DNA of 64,000 nucleotides from Cyanophora paradoxa CCMP329 (Eukaryota; Plantae; Glaucophyta). The stretch spans positions 95,406 through 159,405 of the forward strand of contig QPMI01000209.1 of NCBI GenBank assembly GCA_004431415.1. The letters run 5' to 3'. Under the pieces are notes generated by a model. It was not told the origin of the DNA. It was given only the letters and a program-made list of their open reading frames with translations, and ran no database searches. Position 1 is the stretch's first letter. Every line of letters starts with the position of its first letter. The translations under genes and the position numbers were made by a program. Positions 1 through 12,900 of the stretch are shown one piece after another.

Positions 1-635
1 TTTTCTTTCACAGTACTTTTGATAGCACTCGATAACCATGTGCACGTGCCACCAGGTAGTGCCTCGACGGTCCTTTTTCCTTGTCGCATCAGTGCACCCG
101 TATCGATCGATAGCTCTTCTTAGTTGAATGAACAAGCATGATCATGATGCATGCGCGGGTTTCCGCTACGGAATCACACTACGGAATCCTTGTGCATGTA
201 CATGTACAGCCGCTCAGCTCCTGCAAATTTACTACGTATACGGTACTGAATCTTCAGAAAAATAACGGAATTCGAATGTAGTAGCTATAGTACACTGCAC
301 TTCCTGCGGGGGCCGCGGGGCGCGGCTAGATACGCGTCCTCCGAGGCTCGCGGGCGAATTCGAATCATCAAATGAAAATAGAATTTATACGTGCACGGGC
401 GTGATTCTACGCATACCATAATCTATCTCACCAACTGCATCCTACACTCCATCCCTCTGCGAACTATAACGCCATACTAAGCTACGCTAATCCACCAAAC
501 TACCGTAGTACCGCTAGACTACTAGCTATAGGCTACAATCCACGGCTACTTTAATGAACAGGCCTAAGGGCGCAAGAGGAGTCCACACGGCGCGAAAGGA
601 GAGAGTCTACAGGGCCGCGCGTGGCGGGCGGGCGC

Positions 636-1850
636 TCACGCGGCCTCCATGGAGCGAACGGAGGAGGAGCACTGGCTGCACGTGGCGACCTCCGCGTCGG
701 GGTAGGGCCAGGCGGGGCCGCCGCAGGCGGGGGCGGGGGCGGGGGGGAGGGAGGCGGAGGCGCGGGGGCCCGGGAGCTCGGGGGCGGCGCCGGGGGCGTC
801 GGGCGGGGGCAGGTCGTAGGAGGCGAGGGAGCGGGCGACGATGCGGGAGACGAGGGCGATGCCGAGGGTCTTCGTGGAGGAGAGGAAGACGACGGTGCCG
901 AGGACGACGGCGCGGGCGTCCACGTGGTCCAGCAGCGCCGCCCGCAGCACGGCCCGCGTCGCCGCCACCGCCACGCCGAGCAGGTCCTCCCCCAGCAGGA
1001 TCGACGCGAGCCGGAGCGAGAGGAGCGAGCCGGCGGCGCGGAGGGCCGCGCAGAAGGGGTACGTGATGATCGCGGGGACGTCGGCGCGCCAGCAGAAGCC
1101 GAGGGCGAGGGCCACCGGCGCCGTCACGCAGGCGAAGAGGATGGGCGTCTGCGGGGCGGCGCGTCGGCGGCGGCGCGCGGCGCGGGGACCGCGAGGGCGC
1201 ACCTGCACGCCGCTGGAGAGGAAGAGGAGCACGGTGCTGATGCCGGCGCAGAGGATACCTGCGGGCGCGCTTCAGCCCGCGCGGGGGCGCAAGTTAATGC
1301 GCTAAAGAAGGCGCGGCACCTCGTCGAAGCCCATGGGCCAGGACGATGTAAACGCAGGGCAGGGCGGAGAGGCAGGACAAGAGGAGCCGCGCCGGCCACA
1401 CAAAGGCAGGTATGGACGCCCCGAGCAGGACGCCTATGCAGGATGTAGACGCCATGAAGGCACTGACGACGATGCGCCTCGCCTTGGCTGCGGGGCGGCG
1501 TCCGTCAGCACGGGCGGGAGGCACGCTGATCACAGAAGCAATCTAAGATCTCTGGCGGGCTCGGAGACTGTCAAGTGCTAGTGCGGTGGTTCAAGCTTAG
1601 TACAGAACGTTGGGCGGTGAGCCCGCGCCGTCAAGAGCACATGACGGGCTCTGGCCTGGGCTGTCACGCGGAGGGCATGCGCACCCAGGTGGTCGGGCGT
1701 GGCTGCGGTGGGCACGTCGTTCGCCTCATAGGCACAGAAAACGCCGCAATTAGCGCGCCGTAGCGGCTCGGCCGCGCGAACGACGCGAAGGACGCGGTGC
1801 GGGGAGAAGCGGGAGAAGGGGCGGGGGCTGAACGGCCCGCATGCTGAACT
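636..1850 (-). CDS. Multi-exon hypothetical membrane protein (5' end uncertain)
   Basis: Joining across introns at about 1524-1488, 1319-1260 and 1202-1149 gives ...ILDCFCDQPKARRIVVSAFMASTSCIGVLLGASIPAFVW...GILCAGISTVLLFLSSGVQ/TPILFACVTAPVALALGFCW... with several hydrophobic segments. Stop at 636-638. Confidence 0.55.
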
Positions 1851-2183
1851 CCGTAGAGACGGGCGTGCCCCCGGCGCCCGTGAGACGGCGCCGGGACAGG
1901 TGCGGCTGCGGGTTGGATGTGAGGAGTGAAGTCCCGGGACCGAAGGCGTCACGGAGAGCCGGGGGAAAGCCGCCGTTGCACTGCAGGCCGCGAAGGAACA
2001 GCAGGGCGGCAGCGGCATCTTGCCGCGAACGGGGCCGCCTGCTTCACGGGTACGCGAACGTCATAGCCAGCCAGACCCAACCCACAGCCAGCTTGCTCTC
2101 TCTTTCCCAAATTGTCGTCTTTAGCATCTTGAAGTACAGGGCCGGGAAGCCCCACCGAGCAGCGCGGGGCAGTCCTCGATGCC

Positions 2184-3789
2184 ATGCTCAAGCTCAAAGC
2201 GAAGCTCAAATCGCTCGGCTCCAACGACAATGTTGCGACCCACGGTGCGGCGGAGAACGCACTGGCCGCGGTGACCTCCAGCCCGTCGTCATCACAGCTC
2301 GCCGCCAAGCTGCGGGCGGCCGAAGACGACCTGAGCGCCACTTCAGACCAGGTTCGAGCGTTCTAGCCGAGCGAAGCTCACCGGCCCGGTTGCGCTAGCA
2401 CCTGCGAGCTCGCGTTCCGAACCTCGCCGCCTCGCGCAGTGCCAGGTGCTCTCGCAGCTCATCGTCGTCGCTCGGGATGAGGCCGCAAAGAAGGTGCTGA
2501 AATCAGCTATCCTGCCTCGCCTCCTCGCGCGCGCCATGCCAACCTCCGCAGGACGAGGAAATCGACTCGCTGAAGCAGCAAGTGGCGCGGCTCGAGCGCG
2601 AGCTCAAAACCACGCGGGAAATCTTCCGCAAGTACCTCACCGATCTGGTCCGCCCGCCGAGCCGCCGTGGGCCCGGAAAGAAGGGGCGACGCCCGACGTG
2701 GCAATCGCTGCAGGGTCGCCACGAGGACGAGATCGCGGTACTCTGCGGTTTCGCGGAGGACCACCCAGATGAGCAGAGGAAGACCGCGGTCGCCGCGCCG
2801 CCGGGAAGCGCCACGGAAGAAGCCCGGCCGTGCGGCCCCCGCGACCCGCCGCCGCTCCTTTTTCTGATCTGCGGCGAGCAGGGTCACCGACAGCGACATC
2901 ATGGCGCAAATTACGCGGGTCAGTGGCCGCTTTCTATTCTTGCGCGTGCCGGCCCCTCGCCGCTCAGACCTGCGCAGGCATCCAACAGCAGCAGCAGCAG
3001 CAAGGGATCCGCTCCCGCCGCCACCCCCTCCGCTCCTACTTCCGCCCCGTCCTCCCCTCATGCTCCCTCCGAACGCGCCGCCGCCCCTGCGCCGCCGGCC
3101 CCCGCTCCCGCGCCGCCGGCCCCCGCATCCAACGCGCCGTCCACCGCCACCGCGCCCGCGCCCGCGGTCTCCATGCCGCCACCGCCGCCGCCGCCGCCGA
3201 AGGCGAAGCCGCCGTCCCCGCGCCGCCTGCGGACATCGATCCCGAGGTGGAAAAGATGCGCGCCATGTTCGGGTTCGGCGGCCTCAAGCCGTCGGCCTCG
3301 AGCTGCGACGTCGCGGCCGCCGGCAACGGCGCCGCCGCCCGCCCTCCCCTGCCCCGCTCGGCCGCCTCCTCGCCCGTGCCCCAAGCGATGGCCCGCGTGG
3401 CCTCGCCGAGCCCGTCCTCGTCTCCGGCGGCGGGGCCCTCGCCCTCGCCGCCCCCGGCGCCGGCGCTGGTCGTGGAGGCGGAGGCGGAGGCGGAGGCGGC
3501 GGGCGCCTCGGACCCCGTGGACGCCCTCCGCGCCAAGTTCGGCATGGCCGTCGACGCCCCCGGCTCCCGCAGCTCCTCCCCCTCCGCCCGCCCGCCGCCC
3601 CTCCCCCGCACCCGCACCCGCCGCCCCGCCCCGGACCCCGCGCCCCTCTCCCCGTCCGCCTCGCCCGTCCCGCCGGCAGACCCCGCCCCGCCGGCGCCGC
3701 CGCCACCGCCGCCCCGGACCGGCTCGGGGGACGACGAGCTCGAGAAGATGAGGGCGATGTTCGGCTTCGGCGGCCTCAAGCCCAAGTAG
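2184..3789 (+). CDS. Multi-exon coiled-coil protein with Pro/Ala-rich tail and repeated C-terminal EKMRAMFGFGGLKP motif
   Basis: Exons MLKLKAKLKSL...SATSDQ / VLSQLIVVARDEAAKK / DEEIDSLKQQVARLERELKTTREIFRKYLTDL / GRHEDEIAVLCGF are separated by GT...CAG introns. TAG at 3787-3789. Confidence 0.65.
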
Positions 3790-3977
3790 CCGGCCCGGTC
3801 CCCGCGCGCCGGCCTTGGTTGTTAGTTAGCTAGCGGGGGCCTGCATGCAGGAGTCGCTCAGCGCCCCCTTCTTTCAAGGGAGGACGGAGGAGCTTGCATT
3901 TCGAGAGGGAAGGGGGGGCGGGAGGGGCGAGCGGGGCCGGGGGAGCGGGAGCGGGGGCGGGGGGCGCGGGGCGGGGC

Positions 3978-5812
3978 TCAGTAGGTGGTGGCGGAGGGGA
4001 AGAGGCCGCGGGCCTCGCGGGAGTCCTTGGTGCTCTTGGCCGGCTTCCGCGCCTCCTCGGCCTGCTTGCCCAGCAGGCAGCAGAACCAGTTGCCCACCTG
4101 CGCCCCGCCCCCGCGCCCTGCACGTCACGAGCCGCGCGCCAGCGGGGCGGGGCGGGGCGGGGCGGGCGGGGCGGGGCGCGCCCTGCCGAAGAAAGCCATG
4201 CTGAAGAAGTCGGGGGAAGGTGGCCGCGCCGGCGCGTTCACGACGCTCTGCGGCTCCGGGCTCCCACGGGGCGCCGCCGCGACGGGCCCGCTGAGAGGCG
4301 CCCGCTCCGGGCCGGGGCGCGGCCGCGTGGCGGCGAGGGCGTCTGGGAGCGCCGCGGGATGCGCCGCTGCGAGTGCGGCGGCGGCTGCTTCGAGAGGCGG
4401 ATGCGGTCCTCGTCTGCCGCCCCGGTCGGCGGCGGGCGGGGCGGGGCGGAGATAAAGGCGGAGGCGGGGCGGCGCACCGCAGAAGGGGAAGTCGGCAAGG
4501 GCCTGCGCGCCGTTGGCCCAGCGCTGCTCGGGCGCCTCGCGCAGCAGCCGCCGGACGAACGCCGCGAGCGGCCCGCTCACGCTCTCCCGCGGCGTCCAGT
4601 TCTGGAAGTACCTGCGCTCGAGTCCGCGTGGGGAGGCTTCTCGGGGGACGGGGGCCGGCCCTGCGCACGTGCGCGACGGGGCCTGCTTCGTGAGGAGGTT
4701 GAGGCACGTCGCCCCGAGGCTGCCGCGGGGCTTCAGGGGCGGCCGACGTCGCGCACGGGCGCGGGGCGGGCGGGGCCGGGGCGCTCGCTCGCCTGTACAG
4801 ATCGGAAGCGGGACCCGCCTTGCCCTGCACCTGCTCCGGCGCCGCGAAGCTTCGGGGGGCGTGAGCGGAGCGCCCCGAGCCCGCCGGGGGCGAGGGTGAG
4901 GGGCGGACGCGGCGGTGCCGACGTTGGTGGTGAAGGTGGCGCCGGGGGCGGACCCCCGCGAGTGCCCGAAGTCGACGAGGAGGAAGCGGCCGTCCCCCCT
5001 CCTGTGCACGATGTTCTCTGGCTTTACGTCCCTGCCCCGCGGTCGGCCGGCCGCCCGGGCGGGGAGGCGGCGCGGCGGGGGCGCCTGTGGACGAATCCCT
5101 TGGAGTGGAGGTAGGCGAGGACGGGGAGGATGTCCATGAGGAGCTTGCGGACGGTCTCCTCGTTGAAGCCGGCCGTGGTCCGCGCCAGCAGCCGCCCCAT
5201 GTCCTCCCCGTCCGCGTACTCCATCGCCACGAAGCTGCCGCCCGCCCCCTCGGCGCCGCCCCGCGCAGCGCGGCGCGGGGCGGGGCGGCGCACTTGTTGC
5301 CGTCGGCGTGCGTGCCGCTGGCGATGAGCGCTGGGACGTTCGGGTGGCGCAGGACGTTCAGCGCGCCGACCTGCCGGCAGCGTCAGCCACAGGCAGCACT
5401 GCGGGCACTCGGCGGGACGCGCCTCTGCCTCAAACAGGACCTGCGCGTCGGTCGTGCGCCCCGTGTACACCTTGAGTACGCAGAGGCTCGATTCGCTCGA
5501 GGTTGAAGCCTCATCCTGACTGTGAGAGAGATCCCGCGCCAGAAGGATGCTCGTGTGCGGGCCCTGCGGTAGGTGTCACCTCCGAGTAACATATCACTCG
5601 GAATAATTGCCACGGGGCCACCTTCGCGAGCAGACGCAGAGGTTTGAACCGCTCGTCGTAGAAGAGCGGAGTCCTCTTCTGGGGGCACCTGATGCAGCGT
5701 CAGCTGGGGGCTGGACGTTTGGGGGCGGACCGGGCGCGCTTGTAGTCGGTCAGGGGAACGTCTGGCAATGTGACCGCTGTGTGGCTCCGCTTGCATGCGA
5801 CGCAGTAGACGC
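3978..5812 (-). CDS. Ser/Thr protein kinase, Hanks-type, resembling cyanobacterial Pkn2/Spk family (5' end uncertain)
   Basis: Spliced motifs: YCVACKRSH...CPQKRTPLFYDERFKPLRLLAK/GPHTSILLARD; CVLKVY (catalytic Lys); FEAEAR; RHPNVPAL; VAMEYADG; LAYLHSKGFVHR/DVKPENIVHRRGDGRFLLVDFG; NVGT; GKAGPASDLY/SLGATCLNLLT; EQRW. Confidence 0.9.
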
Positions 5813-6938
5813 TGGACACTTGTTAGCTCTAAAGCGACTTGGAGGCCTAGGGCTCGCGTGGACTAGAGGCCTACAGCGCACTCTGTCTCAAGGAACTGCG
5901 CGCCCGTCGTCGCCCCGGCGACCGACGTCGACGGCGGCATCGGCGTGCTGCTCAGCGACAGTTTGCCTGATGCTGCCGCTCTGCTGGGGTGCGAGTAGGT
6001 GGATGCGGTCAGTCGCACAGGCCGAAAAGCAGCCGCTGTTATCACAGGCTAGCAGGCGGAATGGCGGCTATCGATTCGAAGTTGAACGGCTTGAGAAGAA
6101 CGTACCCCCATGAGCCGCACCTGGATCGGCGCTCTCTTGGGCTCTAGCTCTCGTTAGCGTTCCCCTCAATTGCGAGCTTCGACGACTTCCAGGTGAACCC
6201 GCATATGTATAGTTCTCCAGCTGCAGATGCACCCGACGCGAGCGCCTTGCACAACTGTAACCCGCCCCCGTTCCTTCCCCCAACATCGACCTCCTCCCCC
6301 TCGAGCTCCGCCAAAGCTCCAAGCACCCGGTCGCGGCGGCACCGTCGCGCGCGGGACCGTCGGACCCGCGAAAACAAATTAAGCTCCGAGGCCTCTCTCT
6401 CGCGTCGCAGCTGGTAGCTCTCGAGTCTCGAGGTTGCTTAAAGCTTGTGGTGCCCCGCCCGGGTAGACCGATCGGAGTTTTCGGCGGCACCAGCTAGCCG
6501 TCATGCAGGGCTAGCTTCTGTGGCTGTGCGCCAGCGCTCAGCGGCTAGCCGCGGCACCGGTGTCTGCAAGCATTGAAGCTGCGGTCGCCCCGCAGCTTCT
6601 GGTCCGACGGTCTCTACATCTAGATCATTGCTGAGCCGCTAGGCCTAGGCTAGATCAATTTCAGTGCAGCTATCGGCTATCCAAGCGCTTCTAGATCTCG
6701 CCAGCAGCGAGTTGCTCTGCGTGACGGCCGCGCATCTACACAGGTGCCACTTAGCCAAGCGTTTCCGCGGCGAGCATCGCAGCCTCACGCAGCTGGGGCG
6801 AACAAGTCGACAAGAAGCCGTCGGGGGCGACGACGAGCTAGCGAGCGCTGCTGAGCGCATGCGCAGCGTTGCTGCGTGCGCCAGAATGGAGAGCCGCAGC
6901 AGAGCGATGTGCTTGGGCGTATACAGAAGCAGATAACG

Positions 6939-9900
6939 ATGCAGCCCTTTTGCGCCTCGGCTGAGCAGATGCGTCCTGCGCGTGCTCGAGGGCCGCGCCA
7001 GTGCTCGGAGGACCGCGAGCCCTTCCAGCTGGCCGATGCATGTGCAGTGCACTTTGCGGTGCACCATGCATCCGCGTCAGCGACAGAGGGCCACACGGGC
7101 GCGAAGATCCGCAGCGGCCTTCCAAGCGACGTAGAAGCGCTGCGCCTGGCGGAAGAGTGCGGGGCGGAGCAGCGCTGTTGCTCTGCGCACCACCCACCGC
7201 GGCGGAGACTCGTGCGGCCGGGAGCGCTCGCGCGGCTGGCCATTATCAGCGCGCTCCTCGCGCTCCTGGGTCTCGCGCCGGCGTGCCTGGCCCAGAACAT
7301 CCGTGCGCAACGGTCCCGATTCCGCTGCGTCGCCCGCCGGCGCTGACACTCCGCTCAGCGGCCTTGCCCCCGATCTACGCGGTGGCCATCGCCCAGAACG
7401 AAACCTACGCCTACCTGCGCCTCCCCACGCCCATGGAGCTGGACTTCTCCAGGCGCGGCCCCGCCTTCCTGCGTGGCTCCGCGCCGCCAGCGCTCACGCC
7501 CGTGCAGCGCGGGGGCCGGGGCGATGCTGGAGGCGTGGATCAAGTTCGACGCGCCGCCGGACGCCGGCCGGGAGTTCGTGCTCTTCGACCTGGTGGCCGC
7601 GGTGGCGGACCCCCTCGCCGATCCCCCCGTCCCGCCCTCCCGCGTCCGCGTCGCCGTGGACGACCGCGCGCTGCTCCACGCGCACGTCACGGGGGCCGAC
7701 GGCGCGACGGTCAGCGTCTCCCCCACAGCGACCCTCGCCGCGCCCGCCAAGAACCTCTCCTCGGGCGACTGGCACCACGTCATGCTCACGCTCACGGCAC
7801 GTGTCCCCAACCCTCCCCCCCACCCCCCTCCCCCCCACCCCGACCCCCCTTCCCCGCCCCCGTCCTCCACATCCCTCTCGCCCCTCGCGCCGCGCGCCTG
7901 ACGGGGGGCGGGCGCAGGCGGCGGGCTCCGGCGGGGGCCCGAGCCACGCGACGCTCTTCCTGGAGAGCGAGGCGTACAGCGAGGCGACGCCGGTCGGGCT
8001 CGACACGGCGGCCGCCGTCTCGTTCGCGCGCGCCCACTTCGGGCGCTCCGCGGAGTCCATCGACGCCGGCGGCGTCCACAACCAGACCTTCCTCGTCGCC
8101 ACGCTCCGCGTCTGGCGCGCCCCGCCCCGCCCTGCCCCGCCCCCGCCCCGCCGCGGAGTCGTTCCCCCTTGTGACGCCGCGGGGCGCCGCAGGGGCCGCA
8201 TCCCCGAGGAGTGCTCCATGCCCGAGATCCCCCGCCTGGTCTTCCAGTCCCCAGTGGACGGCCTGCTCGTCCAGGTGCGCGGCCGCCGGCGCGGCGCCGT
8301 GCATCCGCGGCTCGGCCCACGCCGGCGCGGCAGGTCGCGCTGGAGGAGATCGAGCTGACGGACACGATCCCGACGGTCGGCTCGCTCGGCTCGCCCACCT
8401 TCCGCTACGCCGGCCTCGAGGAGAGCAGCCTCGCCCAGTGCGCCCCGCGGCGGCCGCGGCGGCCGCGGCGGCCGCCCCCGCCCGTCCCCCCCCTCCCCGC
8501 CCTGACGCGCCGCCCCGGGGCCGGCAGGATCACTTCCAACTCGACGCTGGAGCTGTTCCCGTGCCGGTACCCCTACGAGTTCTCGGTGTCGCACCCGAAC
8601 TCGATCGGGCAGCTGGACGGCGTGATGGGGTACCTGAGCGACCGGGACGCCGTCCTCCAGCTCGAGCCGGTCACCATGAACGCCACCACGCTCTACACGT
8701 ACGTCAACGTCGGGATCACCTTCAACGTGAGCTTCCAGTACACCGGCGGCCCGGACCCCGACGTCCTCCGCGAGGAGGTCCAGAAAAAGGACCAGAATGG
8801 CATCCCAATGATAGACCCGGACACATTGCAGCCCATAATCGAAATCAAGGAAACAGTCATTCGGACGCAATCGACAGTCGTCTCTCCGCCGAGCTGCCCG
8901 CTCACCACCAGGCTGGACTTCACGCTGCCGAACATCCCCGCGGGGCTGGCATACATCGTCTCCAGCACGCCGGTCGGCCTCTTCGGCGGCGGCAGAGTGA
9001 CGATCACGGCCCCGGAGCCGCCGAAGTACCTCGTCGCCTCCACCGTCGGCGAGGGCGTGAACCAGCCCATCTACCTCATGGCGCGCCACCCCGGCCCCAC
9101 GCCGGCCGTTTCCCGGGTCCTCACCGTGCCCTGCAGGGCCCGGCCGCCGTCTTCAAAATCACCGCGTACGACAAGAACGGAATTAACAGGGAGTACCCCT
9201 CCGTTCTCGTCAAGGAGTGCGTACACCCGCGCCGTGCGCCGCGTTGCGCCGCGGCTCGTGACGGCGGCCCGGGCAGGCTCAACGCGGTCGTGATGGATCC
9301 GGAGGGGAACTACTCGTGCTCGATCTCGCCGCCGTCGTCCATCTCCAGCGTCGGCTCGGAGTGGGAGCTCCCCATGTTCTGCGAGAAGCCGGCGACGGGG
9401 CCCGGCCTGCTCTGGACCGACCCCCCGCTCTACGGGGACGGCTTCTGGTCCTTCTACATCCGCTGTGCGCCGCCCGCCGGCCCCGAGCGCGCGCGGCGCA
9501 GACGCGCCTCACCCCGCGGCGCAGTCCAGCCGAAGTTCATCGAGATCGTGCTGAGCGACAACGCCTTCTTCGACGAGGCGTCCGAGCGCTGGGCCCTCAC
9601 CGTCGGCGAGACGTACACGATGACGTTCTTCCCCATAAACTTCGCGAAAACAGTCTGGTGCCTGGGCGACGACGTCCGCATCCGCGCGGAAGGGCCGCTG
9701 AGCCCGCTGCCGGCGCTTTATGGCCCGGTGGAGACCCTCGGCATGTCGACGTCCTTCACGTTCGAGGTGACGCCGAATAAGACGGGCAGGGGCCTCATCG
9801 CCGGCCGCGGCCGCCAGAAGATCGACGGCGGCGTCTTCCTGTACAACGTCTTCGGTGCGATTCGAACCCGCGCGGGTTGTGCGGTCGCCGCTGACGGGAG

Positions 9901-12900
9901 CGCCGGCAGGCGCGCCGAGCGCGATGAAGCTCACGTTCCAGGAGACAGGGGAGAGCACGATCGTGACCCAGGCCGGCGCGACGCTCACGCTCCGGGTCGC
10001 CTCGGTAGACTCAGCGACGCTGGCCCCGATCCTCATCTTCGTCAACGCGGAGGAGATGCGGTGCGCGAGGCCCGCGGCCGTGCCCGCGGCTCGGGCCCGC
10101 AGGGGAGGGGAGAGCCCTTACGCACGCGCGCCCCAGGATCACGGCGACGGACTTCCTCACGAACACGACATTCGAGTACCCGGAGCTGTACGGGACGGAC
10201 TGGGCGATAACCTTCACCGTGCCCGCCTTCGCCTTCGGTGCGGCCAAAATTGAATCGGCGTATCCCCCCTCTCTGGGCGCCGCCACCGTCTTCGTCACCG
10301 GTCCGTCCGCCCGCCCCGTCCCCCCGGCTCCGGCGCGGCTTCGAAATTCGATGCCTGAGCCTCGCCGCAGCGAAATTGACGAGCGTGGTGGTCACGCTGC
10401 CGCCGGGCCTGCTCCGGGGCAACGAGACGGGCATCTACGCGTACACCGTGAACACCACGATCACGGTCACCGTGACGCCCAAGAACTTCGGCAACGCCGT
10501 CTACGTCCCCGCCACCATCTTCGAGTGCGCACGTCGGCCGGTCCTGCCTCGCGCTGTTCGAATTCGCTGATGATGCGCGCCCGCAGCCTGCGCGCGTCGG
10601 GCGCGCTGACGACCGCCGACCTTGACACGCCGGTCGCGACGCCCGACGTCAGGGGCTTTGGCTCGCAGTTCGTGATGAAGGTCAAAATCGGGTTGCGCAC
10701 GGGCACCGCGTCGATCACCAGCCGGCCGCCCCTCGAGTTGCCCGTCTCCTTCACCGTCGTCGGTCCGCCTTCCGCCGCCGCCGCCGTTGTATCTCCCGCT
10801 CTGCCTGACGTGCGCCGGCGCCAGACTCGCCGGACCAGGTCCGCCTGGTGCTGCCCGAGGGCGTCGGGAAGGACAGCGCGTACCGCGTCAACTCGACCTT
10901 CGCGGTCACGGCGCGCCCCCGCAAGGCGGGCTCCGCCATCTTCATGACATCAACGGGCCTCACGCTCTCTGCCAGCGGCGTCCTCAAGAACTCGAGCATC
11001 CACCCCATCCCGCTGGGCGTCGACGCGATGTTCGCGGTCAACGTTTCGACCCCCGCCACGGGCGGCCTCGCCGCGCTCCACGCCAGGGGAGGCAACGTCT
11101 CGTTCGCCATCGTCGGTGCGCCGGCGCGCGCGGCTCGCCGGAGCCCGCTCACCGCGCCTGCAGAGATGCCGACGGAGTTGACGTTCTCCATCTCGTCGCC
11201 GGCCTTCCGGACGCCCGAGTTCCCGATCTTCGTCTACTCGAGGACGCCCGCCATTAACTGCACCGTCGTTCCCAGAATCGCCGGCCGCACCGTCATCACT
11301 CACTACACGGACGTCCGGTGCGCCTCCAGCGTCGTCCGGCGTTTCCGCCCCGTGGTTCGACACCCGCCGCAGGCTGAGCTCGTCCGGCGCGGTCCCCACT
11401 GCGGCGCTGCCACCCCTCGTCGGCGGCAACTTCGGCGTGACGACGTCATTCTCCTTCGTGATTCCCTTCTCGGGCACCACGGGCCCCGTCAACATCACCG
11501 GCACGCCGGCGTTCAACCCGCCCCTCGTCTTCGCCATCGCCGGTGCCTCTCCGTGTCGCCCCGCCGCTGCCTACGCCGCACGCTGAGCGCACAGCCAGAC
11601 GTACCGACGGGCATGCTGGTGGACGCGTCCAAGCCGGAATACATGGGCCCCGTCTACATGGCCAACACGACGATTGCCGTGCGATCGCCCCACGCCGTCG
11701 ACGTCCCTGCAATCGCCGCTCACGCCTCTTGCAGCTGACGGCGACTGCTGTCCGCCGTTCCGACCGTATTTTCGCTCTGAACGAGACCATCAAGTCCGCC
11801 ATCCGCATTTCAAGTTCTTTGTTCGACCGCTGATGTCGCGTGCAGGCTCGCGAGCTTGGGGGTGCGCACGCGGTTCAGCCCTCTGTCGCCGGTGTACAGC
11901 AACGCGTTCGAGCTCACGGCGACGCTGTCGAACGACACCGGCCCCGCCGCTTTCGAGGGCACCCCCGGCCTCATGCAGCCCTTCACGTTCTGGGTGGTCG
12001 GGCCGCCGACGATAGCGGAGCTCACGTGCCCGCCGGTTATGATCTCCGCCGACTCGGGCCCGATCGAGTGCACGCTGAGGTCCCTCGTCGGCCTCAACCA
12101 TACGACCTGGACGCACCACTCGTGGATCGACGCGGCGATTTCCAACAGCGCCGCGTCGGCGTCGGTCGCCTCGCCGCAGTACCCCTACGTCGCCACCTCC
12201 TTCAGTGTCTTCGTGCAGGCGTCGCAGGAGGCCGCCGCGACGGGCAGCGAGTCAACGCGCGCCTTCGGCACCGTTTCCGCGGCGTTCACGATGCCCGACG
12301 GCGTCGTCGTCCAGTCGCCGTCCGTCAACATCAGCATGGCGTTCGTGCCAGACCGCACGAGCAGCGTGACCTGCTTCCCGCTCTACTTCGACCCGAGCAC
12401 GGTCACCAACTGCACCTTCGTCGCCCGCCGCAAGTCCGTCGCCGTGCACACGTCCCTCACGCTCGTCCCGTCCACTATCGGCCCGCTCTCCATCGTCTGG
12501 GTGGAGAACGCGACGAGCTTCGGGAGCCCCTCGTTCCGCTTCTCGGCGCGGGCCACCAACCTCGGCGGCCCCGCCCGCGCTGTCGTCTCTTCCCGCACGG
12601 CGGACGGCCGCTCCTTCTTCCTCGCCGACTTTGCGGTCACCTCCGCCGGTGCGTGGCGGCGCGCTCTCTTCCGAATTCCCGTTCTCATCCGGGTTCTCTC
12701 TGACAGATTACCCGTCGGCCGTGCAAGTGGACATGATGACGCCCGTCTCGGCGGGACCCGTGTACAACTACAACTCAACTATCACGGTCTCTTGTTCTCT
12801 TGTTCGCCCTCCTGAGCACGCACGGGCTAACTTCGCCTTCAGATGACCGTAACGCCTCTGAAGAACGGAACGAGGATATACGCACTGAACTCTTCCATCA

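Noticed and set aside
6165-6205. MRVHLEVVEARN on the minus strand, resembling a C2 domain start
   Set aside because: A stop follows immediately, with no usable donor or further C2 motifs.
7797-7917. GC-AG intron at 7797
   Set aside because: An in-phase GT donor at 7803 is equally possible, so it was not counted.
7001-10210. 1069-aa ORF and other long Arg/Pro/Gly-rich ORFs as single CDS
   Set aside because: These are artefacts of stop-codon scarcity at high GC. The true frame switches at introns.
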